IMG/VR virus record: IMGVR_UViG_3300036773_000146
Coordinates: 32,001-96,000 of that record
DNA length: 64,000 nucleotides
Origin: a virus
Reading direction: 5' to 3' (one strand)
Each line of letters opens with the position of its first letter. The first letter of the stretch is position 1. A model generated the notes under the pieces. It was given only the letters and a program-made list of their open reading frames with translations. It made no database searches and was not told where the DNA came from. Shown here piece after piece: positions 34,887-43,696 of the stretch. The position numbers and the translations under genes were made by a program.

Positions 34887-35250
34887 CACTGATCATGATA
34901 GTCAGCTTGTCGGATCCCATCGGCTCGACCAGGAAGGACCGGCCCCAGTCGTTCGCCTCGGTGCCGATCCGGCGCTGCACGACGTCCACCCACACCCAGA
35001 ATGCGGCCCAGTCGCCGGGCCGGACCCGCGAGGAGATCTTCAGGTCCGCAAGCCACGGATACTGCTCGCAGACATGCCTATCGGCCATGTCGAGCAGGAG
35101 GCTCGGGAGGAACCGCGCGGGGATGGGCAGACCGGTCAGGTGGGTCATCAGCGCGGAAAGAGAACGCGTCTCGCCCGGCACGAGCAGGATCGTGCGCATC
35201 CGCAGGGCCAGCAGGTCGGCCAGGTGGAAACCGGCCTGCTCGCGGATCAT
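34861..35250 (-). CDS. hypothetical phage protein
   Basis: FHLADLL...LMTHLTG...EQYPWL. Confidence 0.65.
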   Translation of the reverse strand: MIREQAGFHLADLLALRMRTILLVPGETRSLSALMTHLTGLPIPARFLPSLLLDMADRHVCEQYPWLADLKISSRVRPGDWAAFWVWVDVVQRRIGTEANDWGRSFLVEPMGSDKLTIMISVDEDYPEG

Positions 35251-35591
35251 GCCCGGCCCCAAGCCAGATCGACCACCTTCTCCAGCGGCTCGCCCGCGCG
35301 ATCGCGATCCAGCGCGGTATTGAGTGCGTCGATTCCCTCGGCGAGCGATTCGCCGACCCGCTCCTCGGTCACCCCGGGTGGCATCATGACCGTCCGGGAG
35401 TGCCAGTAACCGTCGATCGACACCGTCGGCGTGGCCACGTGCAGAACGGGGACGGAGATGACGCCACCGGGCGCCGACGGATTGGGCAGCATGGTCATGA
35501 AGACCGTCCAGTCGAGGTCGAAGGACGGCGGCTCGGCCTTCAGCCGGGCCCGGACGGACTCGCTCAGGGCGAGCACGGTTTCGCGGTTCAT
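35247..35591 (-). CDS. hypothetical protein
   Basis: GAGGAGG RBS. Confidence 0.6.
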   Translation of the reverse strand: MNRETVLALSESVRARLKAEPPSFDLDWTVFMTMLPNPSAPGGVISVPVLHVATPTVSIDGYWHSRTVMMPPGVTEERVGESLAEGIDALNTALDRDRAGEPLEKVVDLAWGRA

Positions 35592-35592
35592 G

Positions 35593-35838
35593 TCAGTCCT
35601 CCTCGTCGTCGAACAGCAGGGTCTCCACTTGATCGAAGTTCAAGCGGACATGTCCCTTGCCGTCGCGGGTCGGGGCGACCACTTCCGGCTCGACCCCGAT
35701 CTCCCGCAACCAGGAGCGGATCTCCCGGGCGTGCTCGGCGTGCTGGCGGGCCTCGGGCGTGTCCGGCACGCGCTGTTCGCGCGCTGTGCGGACACGCTGG
35801 CGGCCACGCGGATATGCGGGATGGTCGACGCCACTCAT
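35593..35838 (-). CDS. hypothetical protein
   Basis: ATG after start motif at 35847. Confidence 0.6.
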   Translation of the reverse strand: MSGVDHPAYPRGRQRVRTAREQRVPDTPEARQHAEHAREIRSWLREIGVEPEVVAPTRDGKGHVRLNFDQVETLLFDDEED

Positions 35839-35914
35839 CGCTGCCTCCTCCAGTGCGGAATTCAACTACCCGTCATCCTCTCACACGGACGCGGCCAGCC
35901 ACGGTCACGCGAGA

Positions 35915-38722
35915 TCATCGGACGGCCGGACTGTTGCTCCAGTCGGCCGGGGCGGCCAGCGACTCGGGGTGCTCCGCAGCACGCTGGTGGCACAGGAACA
36001 GCTCCTGCATGAGTCCTTTTTGGTCCAGTGCCTTCTCGACGGCGTTCCTCGCGTCCCACCAGCCCTCGCCCTGCGGGCCGAAGGCGTCCGAGCGGTTGCT
36101 GTGCACGAACTCCCACAGCGCGCTGCCGTTCTGCGTCCGGTACGGCTCGGGCATCTTGAGGATGCCCTCGGCCATCAGGATGATCCCGTGCACCTCGTCG
36201 GCGAGTCCCTGGCCCTCGGGGAAGCTGGCCATGGACCAGTCGGGCAGGTCCGGCGGCCGGACGATCCAGGTCTCGGTCACCACGTCCCAGGCCGCGTACG
36301 GCCGGATCAGCCGGATGTCCCAGCCGAGCAGGTTGGCAAACCAGGTTTCGTCCCACACGCCCTCGATACCGGGAAAGCGCTTCTGCGGGTCGTTCAGCTC
36401 GGCGTGCATCTGCTGGGTCAGCCCGGTGGCGATCTGGTCGTCGGTGGCGCCCAGGAAGCTCGGATTACTCTCCCGGAAGCGCATGTAGTGGATCCCGATC
36501 GAGAGGTCGAAGTCGTTGTTCCCGTGCAGGGTCTTCGAGGTCCAGGTGGAGGCCTCTGATCCGAAGAACACGACCTTCGCCCAGGTCTCGTGACCGACGT
36601 AGCCGTGCCGCGTGCAGAACGCGTCGAAGGAGGCCATGATGTCGGTGCGCACCGGCTCCTTGAGCCGCGCGTCTTCCCAGATGCGGGTGTCCAGGCCGTA
36701 GGTCCGGCCGAACAGCCGCTCCCTGGGCGCGGTGTAGCGGGCCTCGTGCGGGATGGGGCTCCGCGTGAGCCGGGAGAAGGTTCCCGCCGCGTCCGGGCCG
36801 AGGTGCTGGTGGTAGAGCTGGTGCGCGGCCTGCTGGAACTCCGGCCCGTGGCCGCCCGCTCCCTCACCGGTGCCTGTGAGGATGTGGGCCATCTCGTGCA
36901 ACAGGGTCAGGTCGTTCGTGTGCTCGCCGGACAGCCCGATGTGGTTGAGCCCGTCCGTGGTGGCCTGGCCGGAGTCCGGCTTCCGCAGGTCCCAGTGTTT
37001 CGGGTGCACCTGGATGCCGCCGGGATGTCCATGCTCAGCCAGCACACCGTTGACGAACTCGTGCACAGGCCGGTGCGCCTCGGCGCGCGCGGGGTTGTCC
37101 CAATGCATGGCGGGCACGTGCCAATCCCGGCCCGCGTGCCCGGCGCGTTCCATGGCCTCCTCGGCCACCGACACGCGATCCTCGTCGGAGAGCACGGCGT
37201 TGCGCCGGATGCCCTGCTCATAGGTCTCGTCGTGGTTGCCCGCGCTGAGCACGTGCAGCTCGTCGCCGACGGTGCGGTGCACCACGCGGGTCTTGAAGTT
37301 GAGGTTGGTGGCCTGCCAGCCCTTCAGCGGCCCGTTGAGCGCGTGCGTGGACGCGTGGCTGTTCCCGCGCCGCAGGTCGTCCACGCGGTCGTGGTAGGCC
37401 AGCTGGACGGGCTTGGACAGACGCCGGAGGTCGGAGGCGACCTTCGGGTGTTCGGCTAGCGCCTTGAGCGGCGCGCCGATGGAGTCCCGGCCGGAACCCG
37501 GGGCCACGTCCGATGGTCGTCCCGCGTCCTCATCGTCAGCTCGGCGCGCCACGTCGGGTGCATCGTGACGTGGCTTGCCTTTGCCTGCCGTACGGCCATG
37601 GTTCTCCTCTTTGTGGCGCGGGTCCAGGTGCTCCCAGTGGTCCACCGTGACCGGGGTGTCGTGGAAGGCGATCGCCGACTTGTGGCTCTCCGGCCCCTCG
37701 TGGGAGTTGCCGTAGACGATCCCGTCGTGGCCCCGGTCCTTCAGGTGGGCCAGGAAGCCGTCGGAAATCGCGTGGCGCTTCGGGTGGTGCCCGAGCCACG
37801 TCTCTTTCTGGTGCAGAGAGGCGTCCTCGGTGCCGAACTCGTCGATCTCGTCCACGTTCGGGTCCGGGTGACGGCCGTGATGCAGGCCGCGATCCCGGGC
37901 CCAGCCGATCGCGTGGTCGGTCAGCTCGTGCTCGTTCTCGTAGTCGGCCGGGTTGGCCATGTGCAGCCGCGCGTGCGCGACCCGGCTGTCCGGCGAGGCG
38001 CCCTTGCGGATGGCGATCTGCTTGGCCACGTCGCGCAGGGCCGTGTAGTGGGTGCCGAGGTCGGTGGACCAGTTCTCCGCGTGAGCACCCTCGTAATCCC
38101 AGCGCGGCGACTTCGGCGCACCCTCGTACGGCGTCGCGGTGCCGTGGTACCAGTGCTTGCCCTCCGGGCCGCCAAGGCCGTGCCCGAGATCCGCGTAGGG
38201 GTTGGGGTGCGACGGCGGCACCTCGGCCGCCGCGCGGCTAAAACCCAGACGGCGGTTGGTGACGTCCAGGGATTCGACGCCATTCCGGTGGGCCATCCGA
38301 TCCGCGAGGATCCGGTGGTGCCCCCCCGCGATCCAGTGCTGGCCCTCGTGTTCCCAGGTGTGAGGCTCGCCCGGTCGGGGCCCGATTCCGCCCCCGCCGG
38401 TGTACGGATGGCGGATGTAGTGCTCCAGGCCACTTTTGTACAGCGTGTCCTGCGAGGTGTGCAACGGGACGTCCGGCCGATGGTGCACAGGGACGCCTTC
38501 GTGCTGGGGGACCGCGTGGTCGTCGTCGACCTCTCCGGCCTCCCAGGGGTCCTCGTCGTGCAGATGAATGTTGTGCTCGCGCATCAACTGCGCGGCGTCG
38601 CGGCCCTGGATCAGCTCGTCGAGGCCGTCCAGGCGGTACAGGGCATGCCGCTGCGCGTCGTCGAGCCCATCGGACGCCGTGACGTACCGGTGCAGCGCGG
38701 CCCGCCCGCGCTTGATCCTCAT
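35915..38722 (-). CDS. polyvalent multi-effector protein (ParB-like, ART-like, RelE-like, zincin, nucleotidyltransferase)
   Basis: WIAGGHHRI; WYHGT...GTHYT...GHDGIVYGN; THALNGPLKGW...RVVHR...GNHDETY; LLHEMAH...HGPEF; FFGSEAS...NNDFDL. Confidence 0.8.
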   Translation of the reverse strand: MRIKRGRAALHRYVTASDGLDDAQRHALYRLDGLDELIQGRDAAQLMREHNIHLHDEDPWEAGEVDDDHAVPQHEGVPVHHRPDVPLHTSQDTLYKSGLEHYIRHPYTGGGGIGPRPGEPHTWEHEGQHWIAGGHHRILADRMAHRNGVESLDVTNRRLGFSRAAAEVPPSHPNPYADLGHGLGGPEGKHWYHGTATPYEGAPKSPRWDYEGAHAENWSTDLGTHYTALRDVAKQIAIRKGASPDSRVAHARLHMANPADYENEHELTDHAIGWARDRGLHHGRHPDPNVDEIDEFGTEDASLHQKETWLGHHPKRHAISDGFLAHLKDRGHDGIVYGNSHEGPESHKSAIAFHDTPVTVDHWEHLDPRHKEENHGRTAGKGKPRHDAPDVARRADDEDAGRPSDVAPGSGRDSIGAPLKALAEHPKVASDLRRLSKPVQLAYHDRVDDLRRGNSHASTHALNGPLKGWQATNLNFKTRVVHRTVGDELHVLSAGNHDETYEQGIRRNAVLSDEDRVSVAEEAMERAGHAGRDWHVPAMHWDNPARAEAHRPVHEFVNGVLAEHGHPGGIQVHPKHWDLRKPDSGQATTDGLNHIGLSGEHTNDLTLLHEMAHILTGTGEGAGGHGPEFQQAAHQLYHQHLGPDAAGTFSRLTRSPIPHEARYTAPRERLFGRTYGLDTRIWEDARLKEPVRTDIMASFDAFCTRHGYVGHETWAKVVFFGSEASTWTSKTLHGNNDFDLSIGIHYMRFRESNPSFLGATDDQIATGLTQQMHAELNDPQKRFPGIEGVWDETWFANLLGWDIRLIRPYAAWDVVTETWIVRPPDLPDWSMASFPEGQGLADEVHGIILMAEGILKMPEPYRTQNGSALWEFVHSNRSDAFGPQGEGWWDARNAVEKALDQKGLMQELFLCHQRAAEHPESLAAPADWSNSPAVR

Positions 38723-39147
38723 CGCCGCCACGTCCGGTGCTGCCAGTCGTCGCCGTCCCGGTCGTACAGCTCCGCCACATCCGGCGGCGGCTCCATCTCG
38801 TGGCTGACGACGAACCCGACGGGACTGCGCGCATCACCGGACCGTGGGTAGCGCTGGCGACCTTGTGCGTCCAGCTCCGGATCGGACTCCACATGATGGT
38901 CGCTGCCGATCGGGTGCACGGCGTAGACCCGGGGCCGCCCGGGACTCACGGGATCACGATCGGAATGCTGCCCATGTGCCTCGCTGGCGTACTCCCAGGC
39001 GTCCTGGAGGTTCGTGGTGGCGTAGGCGTAATTCGGGTCGGACAGGTGATGGTCGTGCAAGGTGCCCGCGCCGTGCTGCGTCGCCGGGAGGATGTGCGTC
39101 ACGTGCGGAACCGACGTGCCGTGGTAGTAGAAGTCCAGCTCCGGCAT
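38719..39147 (-). CDS. Arr-like (rifampin ADP-ribosyltransferase family) ART
   Basis: FYYHGT...YATT.L..A..YA...GRPRVY.V.P.G.....DP......RS..GF.V..E. Confidence 0.75.
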   Translation of the reverse strand: MPELDFYYHGTSVPHVTHILPATQHGAGTLHDHHLSDPNYAYATTNLQDAWEYASEAHGQHSDRDPVSPGRPRVYAVHPIGSDHHVESDPELDAQGRQRYPRSGDARSPVGFVVSHEMEPPPDVAELYDRDGDDWQHRTWRR

Positions 39148-39157
39148 ACCCGCTCCT

Positions 39158-39970
39158 CTACAGTCCGTGCCGCTGGCGCAGCGTGTCCAGCACCCACTTG
39201 CCGTCGCGGAATTGCCCGACCGGCCGACCGGCCAGCGGGGTCTCCTGCTTCGGCGTCGGCTGCTTGGCTGCCAGCTTCTCGCCCTTGGCGGCCCAGTGGG
39301 TCTTCTGTTCGTCAGTGGCCGGGTAAAGGTGCGCGAACGAGTGGTATCCCTCAGGCGGGTTCTCGCGTTCGTGCTCGGGCAGGTGCGAGTACTTCTGCTG
39401 CCAGCCGCCGTGATCCTTCATCGCATCCGGATCGAGCTTCGGGTGCAGGTACTTTTCCGAGAAGTCGTGCAGGTCGAAGTAGGCCTTTTGCCGCTGATCG
39501 ACGGCGAACTTGCGCACGTCGCCCTCGTCCTTGAAGTGCCTGCTGGCGTCGAGGTAGACCTTGTTCTCCGCGCGGTCGAGCCAGCCGCCCTGGTAGCTGT
39601 CCGGCTTGGCCAGGTGCTCGGCGGCGGCCTGCCGGTGCGCGGCGATGTGCTCGGGCTGGATGTCCTTCAGATCATGGACGGTGGCCATCCCCGAGCCCTC
39701 GGGCGCGTGGTAGGAGGCCATGAAGCCGGACGACGGAGCACCACCGCGCGCCGGGTGACTGGAGAAGCCGCCGTTGGCCACCAGGTCGTGCAGACGGCCG
39801 TGGTCGTACTCGTTACTGCCCGAGGGCGCGGTGGCCGTCCGATGACCGGCTGAGGCCCCCGCAATGGCATTCAGTGCCTCCTGCGGGTCATCCGGCAGGA
39901 ACAGGTGGACGAAGCGGCCGCCGGACTTGGCGGCCGTGTGCAGTCCCCACAGCGAGGGCTCGAAGGTCAT
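39158..39970 (-). CDS. His-rich phage protein (possible SAM-lyase-like fold)
   Basis: GGFS.....P.SGFM...YQGGW......YLD.S........Q.AYFDL. Confidence 0.6.
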   Translation of the reverse strand: MTFEPSLWGLHTAAKSGGRFVHLFLPDDPQEALNAIAGASAGHRTATAPSGSNEYDHGRLHDLVANGGFSSHPARGGAPSSGFMASYHAPEGSGMATVHDLKDIQPEHIAAHRQAAAEHLAKPDSYQGGWLDRAENKVYLDASRHFKDEGDVRKFAVDQRQKAYFDLHDFSEKYLHPKLDPDAMKDHGGWQQKYSHLPEHERENPPEGYHSFAHLYPATDEQKTHWAAKGEKLAAKQPTPKQETPLAGRPVGQFRDGKWVLDTLRQRHGL

Positions 39971-40020
39971 GGGGGCTCCCGAGGCAGAAGAGGCGGTCTT
40001 CGCCTGTTGGTGCGCCGAGG

Positions 40021-40647
40021 TCAGTCCTCGTGCAGGTGATGCAGGTGGTGGCCGACGGCCTTGATGGCCACGTAACCGCCGACGATGGCGCCGGTGGCGA
40101 TCAGCGCGTTGCGCCGCTCGATCCGCTCCTGGTCGGAGAAGAACTCGTCGAACCGGGCACCGAGCTGCTTGGTGTAGTCGACCTCGGCGGCCTTGCGGCG
40201 CTTGCGGCCGATCCACAGGGCGACGAACGGCAGGGCGAACCAGGTGTAGACGACCACCGGGCCGACGGCGCCGATCAGGCCGCACGAGAGCACGAGGTAG
40301 ATCCCCACCCAGCGCAGAGCGTAGGTCCAGCGCTTGGCGTCGGCGGCCGCGCGGCGCTCGAAGCGGGCGTTGATCCGGCGTGCGTTCTTCAGGCTCGGCA
40401 TGCCGTACTGACGGCCGTCGCGGCGATCGCGGTACCAGTACACGCCGTGGCTCTCGGCCTCGAAAACCAGGTGCTGGCGGGCGTCGGCCGCGCGGTGCGG
40501 GTAGGTCTCGTCCCACACCTGCCACTCCGGTGCTTCCTGCTCCGGCTCCTCGACGGTGAACTCGGCGTCCTCGATCGGGTGCTCGGCGCGGTGCATCGCC
40601 ATGACCTCGTCCCAGCTGAGCGGGCGGAAGTCGTTCGTGTCGGTCAT
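40021..40647 (-). CDS. membrane protein
   Basis: 2-3 hydrophobic helices. Confidence 0.65.
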   Translation of the reverse strand: MTDTNDFRPLSWDEVMAMHRAEHPIEDAEFTVEEPEQEAPEWQVWDETYPHRAADARQHLVFEAESHGVYWYRDRRDGRQYGMPSLKNARRINARFERRAAADAKRWTYALRWVGIYLVLSCGLIGAVGPVVVYTWFALPFVALWIGRKRRKAAEVDYTKQLGARFDEFFSDQERIERRNALIATGAIVGGYVAIKAVGHHLHHLHED

Positions 40648-40919
40648 GCCGTTGCCCTTCGTTGTTCCAACCGGCTCACGGCCCGGAGGATGCTGTGCCA
40701 CTGCATGCCCATGCGGGCGACGATCTCGTCCTTGGTGCAGCCCTGCGACTGGAGTTCGCGCAGGTCCTGCTCCACATCCTCCGCCCGGTGCGACCGGCGG
40801 GGGAAGTCGACGTGCTGGCCCCGGTCGTAGAGGTAGCCGTAGCAGCGCAGGCACATCCCGCGCGCGGCGACGGGGCATTTCTTCCCGCACCGCGCGCAGG
40901 GGGCCTTCGGGCCGTACAT
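40644..40919 (-). CDS. zinc-finger plus HTH protein
   Basis: CARCG...RGMCLRCY; TKDEIVARMGM..HSI.R. Confidence 0.7.
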   Translation of the reverse strand: MYGPKAPCARCGKKCPVAARGMCLRCYGYLYDRGQHVDFPRRSHRAEDVEQDLRELQSQGCTKDEIVARMGMQWHSILRAVSRLEQRRATA

Positions 40920-41107
40920 CAGGCCAGGTCCAGCTCGCGCTCGGCCAGGGCCTCGTCGAGCAGGCTGCGGAGGCTGGCCTTACCGGCGGCGCGGAGGCTG
41001 CGGCGGCTCTTGGCCTTGACCGAGGACGGCGCCATCGAGAGGCAGTCGATCCGGTAGTGCGAGAAGTGGCGGGCTTCGCGGTCACGGTGGGTGGCAATGG
41101 CGTTCAC
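40919..41107 (-). CDS. hypothetical protein
   Basis: GTG after start motif. Confidence 0.55.
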   Translation of the reverse strand: MNAIATHRDREARHFSHYRIDCLSMAPSSVKAKSRRSLRAAGKASLRSLLDEALAERELDLA

Positions 41108-41113
41108 GAGGGA

Positions 41114-41174
41114 CCTCCTGTGCGGTCTTCTTGGTGACACCACTGATACTACCCGTCCGGGTAGTGACACGCAA
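41114..41174 (-). promoter_or_regulatory. promoter/operator copy 15 plus start-associated motif
   Basis: TTGCGT-N17-TAGTAT; palindrome 41149-41164. Confidence 0.8.
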
Positions 41175-41178
41175 GGGC

Positions 41179-43164
41179 CTATCTGCGGCCACGCCGATGG
41201 GCGTTGCGCGCCGGGTTCAGGCCGCCGCCGCGCACCATGTTCCGCACGGCCGGAGAGAGCTGATTGATCAGCGCCTGGTCCGGCGCCTGCTGCCGGGCGT
41301 ACGGGTTGAAGCCGCCCTGCTGGCCGAAGACCGGCTTCAGCTCGGAGAGCATGCCCTTGGACCAGGCCTGGACCTGGTCGGCCAGCAGGCGCCAGGTGAC
41401 CTCCATCATCGACTTGGCCACGTCGTCATGGACCACCGGGCCGGTGTCCTGGTGCACAACCCGGTTCGTCGTGGCCGTGGTCTTGAGCTGGAGGAACTTC
41501 AACTCCAGCTCGGCCGTCTCGTACTCCGGGGCCTCGACCCAGCCCTGGTTGATCGCGACCTTGAAGCACTCGGCCACCTGCCAGTTGTGCTGGGAGGTGG
41601 CCGTTTCTTCGTGGACGTCCATCCGCTTGGGCGCGCGGTGCTCGCGGACCCGGCGGACCAGGGTGGCGATCGGCATGGCGCTGTTGTGCTGGTCGAAGGT
41701 GAACTCGTCGACCTTGAACGCCCAGATCATGTCCCAGAGCCGATCAGTGACCTCCAGGTAGTCGATCGTGTTGTCCGGGAACTCCGACGGCATCCAGTGG
41801 TGGATCACGTCGAACCGGACCTTCATCAGGCCGGAGTCGTCGCCGAGGGGGACGGTGTGCGCGATGGCGAGGCCGAAATTGTCGTTGACCTTCGAGGGGT
41901 CGGCGTGGCCCGCGTATCGCATGGTCAGGTTCTCCGCCTCGGAGCGCATGGCCAGGTCCGGGTGGAAGATCGCCTCGACCTTGCGGGGATCCAGATAGGC
42001 GTCGACCACGGATTGCCACTGCGACCGGCGCTCGACGGCGAACGTGTCGGGATTCGAGCGCTCCAGCTTCTCCATGCGGTCGTCGAATTCCTGCACGGCG
42101 CCCTTGAGCGGCAGGAAACCCGGCTGCGCCTGGTCGACGTACTCATCGAGGTCCCCGCAGAAGTCCTCGGGGAACATCGGCAGCAGGTGCGCCTGGGCCC
42201 AGTCGTAGTAGATCTCCCAGCTGGTCAGCTGCAACATCATCATGTACGGGTAGACCGGCTCGTCGTCCTCGTCGGTCTCCAGGCTCATCTGCCAGTTCGC
42301 GTAGAACTGGCCGACCTGCTGCCAGGGCGAGCTGGGGTCGATGATGAAGCCGTCCAGCTTGAACTGGTCGAGCGACGGCGTGGCACTGGAGTACACCTCT
42401 TCGGCCGAGCGGTTGGCGCCGACGTTGACCACGTGCGCCATCTCGTCGAAGGCCAGCACGCAGGAGGCCGGGCCACGCGCGGACATCAGCGTGGCCTCCT
42501 TCGGCTGGATCGTGAAGGTCGCCAGGTCGCTCACGGTCTGGATGCCGCGCTTGGCGATCTTCTTCATCCGGACGAAGTCGTGCGGCGCGAAGACGGTGAG
42601 GTTCTCCCCCAGGGCCCGCGAGATGTACGGGGTGAAGCAGGGCGCGCCCCGGACGACGGCGACGACGTCCTTCCACAGGTTCTCCCGGGCCTGCTGCTTC
42701 TTGCCCGCGTAGACGAACAGCGCCAGCTGCTTGTCCCGGTCGATGCCGTAGTGGCCCTGCGGGTCGCCCTTGGCCATGAACTTCCAGAGCACGTAGCTCA
42801 TCGCCAGGGCACTGACGTAGCCCTTTCCGGCGCGGCGCCCGAGCACCAGCAGGACTTCGCGGAAGTAGTTGTAGCCCTGCAAGGCGAGGCTGGCCATGCG
42901 TGTCCGGATGCCAGGAGTGATGCCGTTGTTGCCGCTCTTGCGGAAGCTCTCCTCCCACTCGTCGAGCACCATGTGGTCGTACTCGGTGAGCAGGTCGTTA
43001 CGGAGGAAGATGACCTTGAGCAGAGTCGCCTGGCGCGGATACAGCTGCGGCCGGTTGCACCACTGCGGGCTGACCACGAATGTGATCGGGTCCGGGACGT
43101 CCAGCCCGGTAAAAAGCTGAAAGTCCAGCGGCTTGAGCTGCGGCAGCGCCAGGCGAGTCGGCAT
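41179..43164 (-). CDS. terL: terminase large subunit
   Basis: LYPRQ; GRRAGKG Walker A; VLAFDEMAH Walker B; nuclease GHADPS...FDQ...HDD. Confidence 0.9.
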   Translation of the reverse strand: MPTRLALPQLKPLDFQLFTGLDVPDPITFVVSPQWCNRPQLYPRQATLLKVIFLRNDLLTEYDHMVLDEWEESFRKSGNNGITPGIRTRMASLALQGYNYFREVLLVLGRRAGKGYVSALAMSYVLWKFMAKGDPQGHYGIDRDKQLALFVYAGKKQQARENLWKDVVAVVRGAPCFTPYISRALGENLTVFAPHDFVRMKKIAKRGIQTVSDLATFTIQPKEATLMSARGPASCVLAFDEMAHVVNVGANRSAEEVYSSATPSLDQFKLDGFIIDPSSPWQQVGQFYANWQMSLETDEDDEPVYPYMMMLQLTSWEIYYDWAQAHLLPMFPEDFCGDLDEYVDQAQPGFLPLKGAVQEFDDRMEKLERSNPDTFAVERRSQWQSVVDAYLDPRKVEAIFHPDLAMRSEAENLTMRYAGHADPSKVNDNFGLAIAHTVPLGDDSGLMKVRFDVIHHWMPSEFPDNTIDYLEVTDRLWDMIWAFKVDEFTFDQHNSAMPIATLVRRVREHRAPKRMDVHEETATSQHNWQVAECFKVAINQGWVEAPEYETAELELKFLQLKTTATTNRVVHQDTGPVVHDDVAKSMMEVTWRLLADQVQAWSKGMLSELKPVFGQQGGFNPYARQQAPDQALINQLSPAVRNMVRGGGLNPARNAHRRGRR

Positions 43165-43451
43165 CAGAGCAGACCGATCTCCGCGCCGTGCCGGGCGAGG
43201 AACTCGGGCCAGGACATCTCCACTCCGTCGGAAGTGCGCACCCGGCGCGGTGCCTCCTCGCCCTCGGGGGTCTCGACGAGGTCCCACGCCACGGCGAACA
43301 GCTCGCCGAGGCGCTTGCCGACCTTCTCCGCGCGGGCGATCGCGGCCGCCTTGTCGTCGGCCTTCACCTCGGTCATGCCGAAGGCGGTACCGCCGGGCAG
43401 GCCGGTGGTCTTCGAGGTGCGGCGATAGATCGCCGTCGCCTGGATGGTCAT
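43164..43451 (-). CDS. hypothetical protein
   Basis: TGATG overlaps at both ends. Confidence 0.6.
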   Translation of the reverse strand: MTIQATAIYRRTSKTTGLPGGTAFGMTEVKADDKAAAIARAEKVGKRLGELFAVAWDLVETPEGEEAPRRVRTSDGVEMSWPEFLARHGAEIGLL

Positions 43452-43696
43452 CAGTGCTGGCGTCCCTTCATCACAGGCGGGTTGAGCCGGAACAGCAGGT
43501 ACGTAAAGGCCGCAACCGAGAGGAAGGCTGCGCCCGAAATCAGGTCCGACCTGAAGGCGTAATGCAGCGCACCGCTGGGGTCGCTCCCCTGGATATGGGA
43601 AAAATCCAGGACGGCCGAGTACAGCACGCCGCACCCCACCAGGAAGAAGACCTGCGCCAGGAGCAGCAATCGCGGCACGGAACGGAAGGCGCTCAT
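43451..43696 (-). CDS. small membrane protein flanked by direct repeats
   Basis: Two TM helices; 26-bp imperfect repeats at both junctions. Confidence 0.6.
   Translation of the reverse strand: MSAFRSVPRLLLLAQVFFLVGCGVLYSAVLDFSHIQGSDPSGALHYAFRSDLISGAAFLSVAAFTYLLFRLNPPVMKGRQH

Noticed and set aside
35866-35881. Sixteenth operator copy
   Set aside because: Only a half site (CTACCCG) with no matching arm or properly spaced -35.
104-41174. Dispersed palindromes as a CRISPR array or integron attC/dif-like sites
   Set aside because: Spacing is irregular and gene-sized, every copy sits inside a -35/-10 promoter, and no recombinase or cas operon is in the window.
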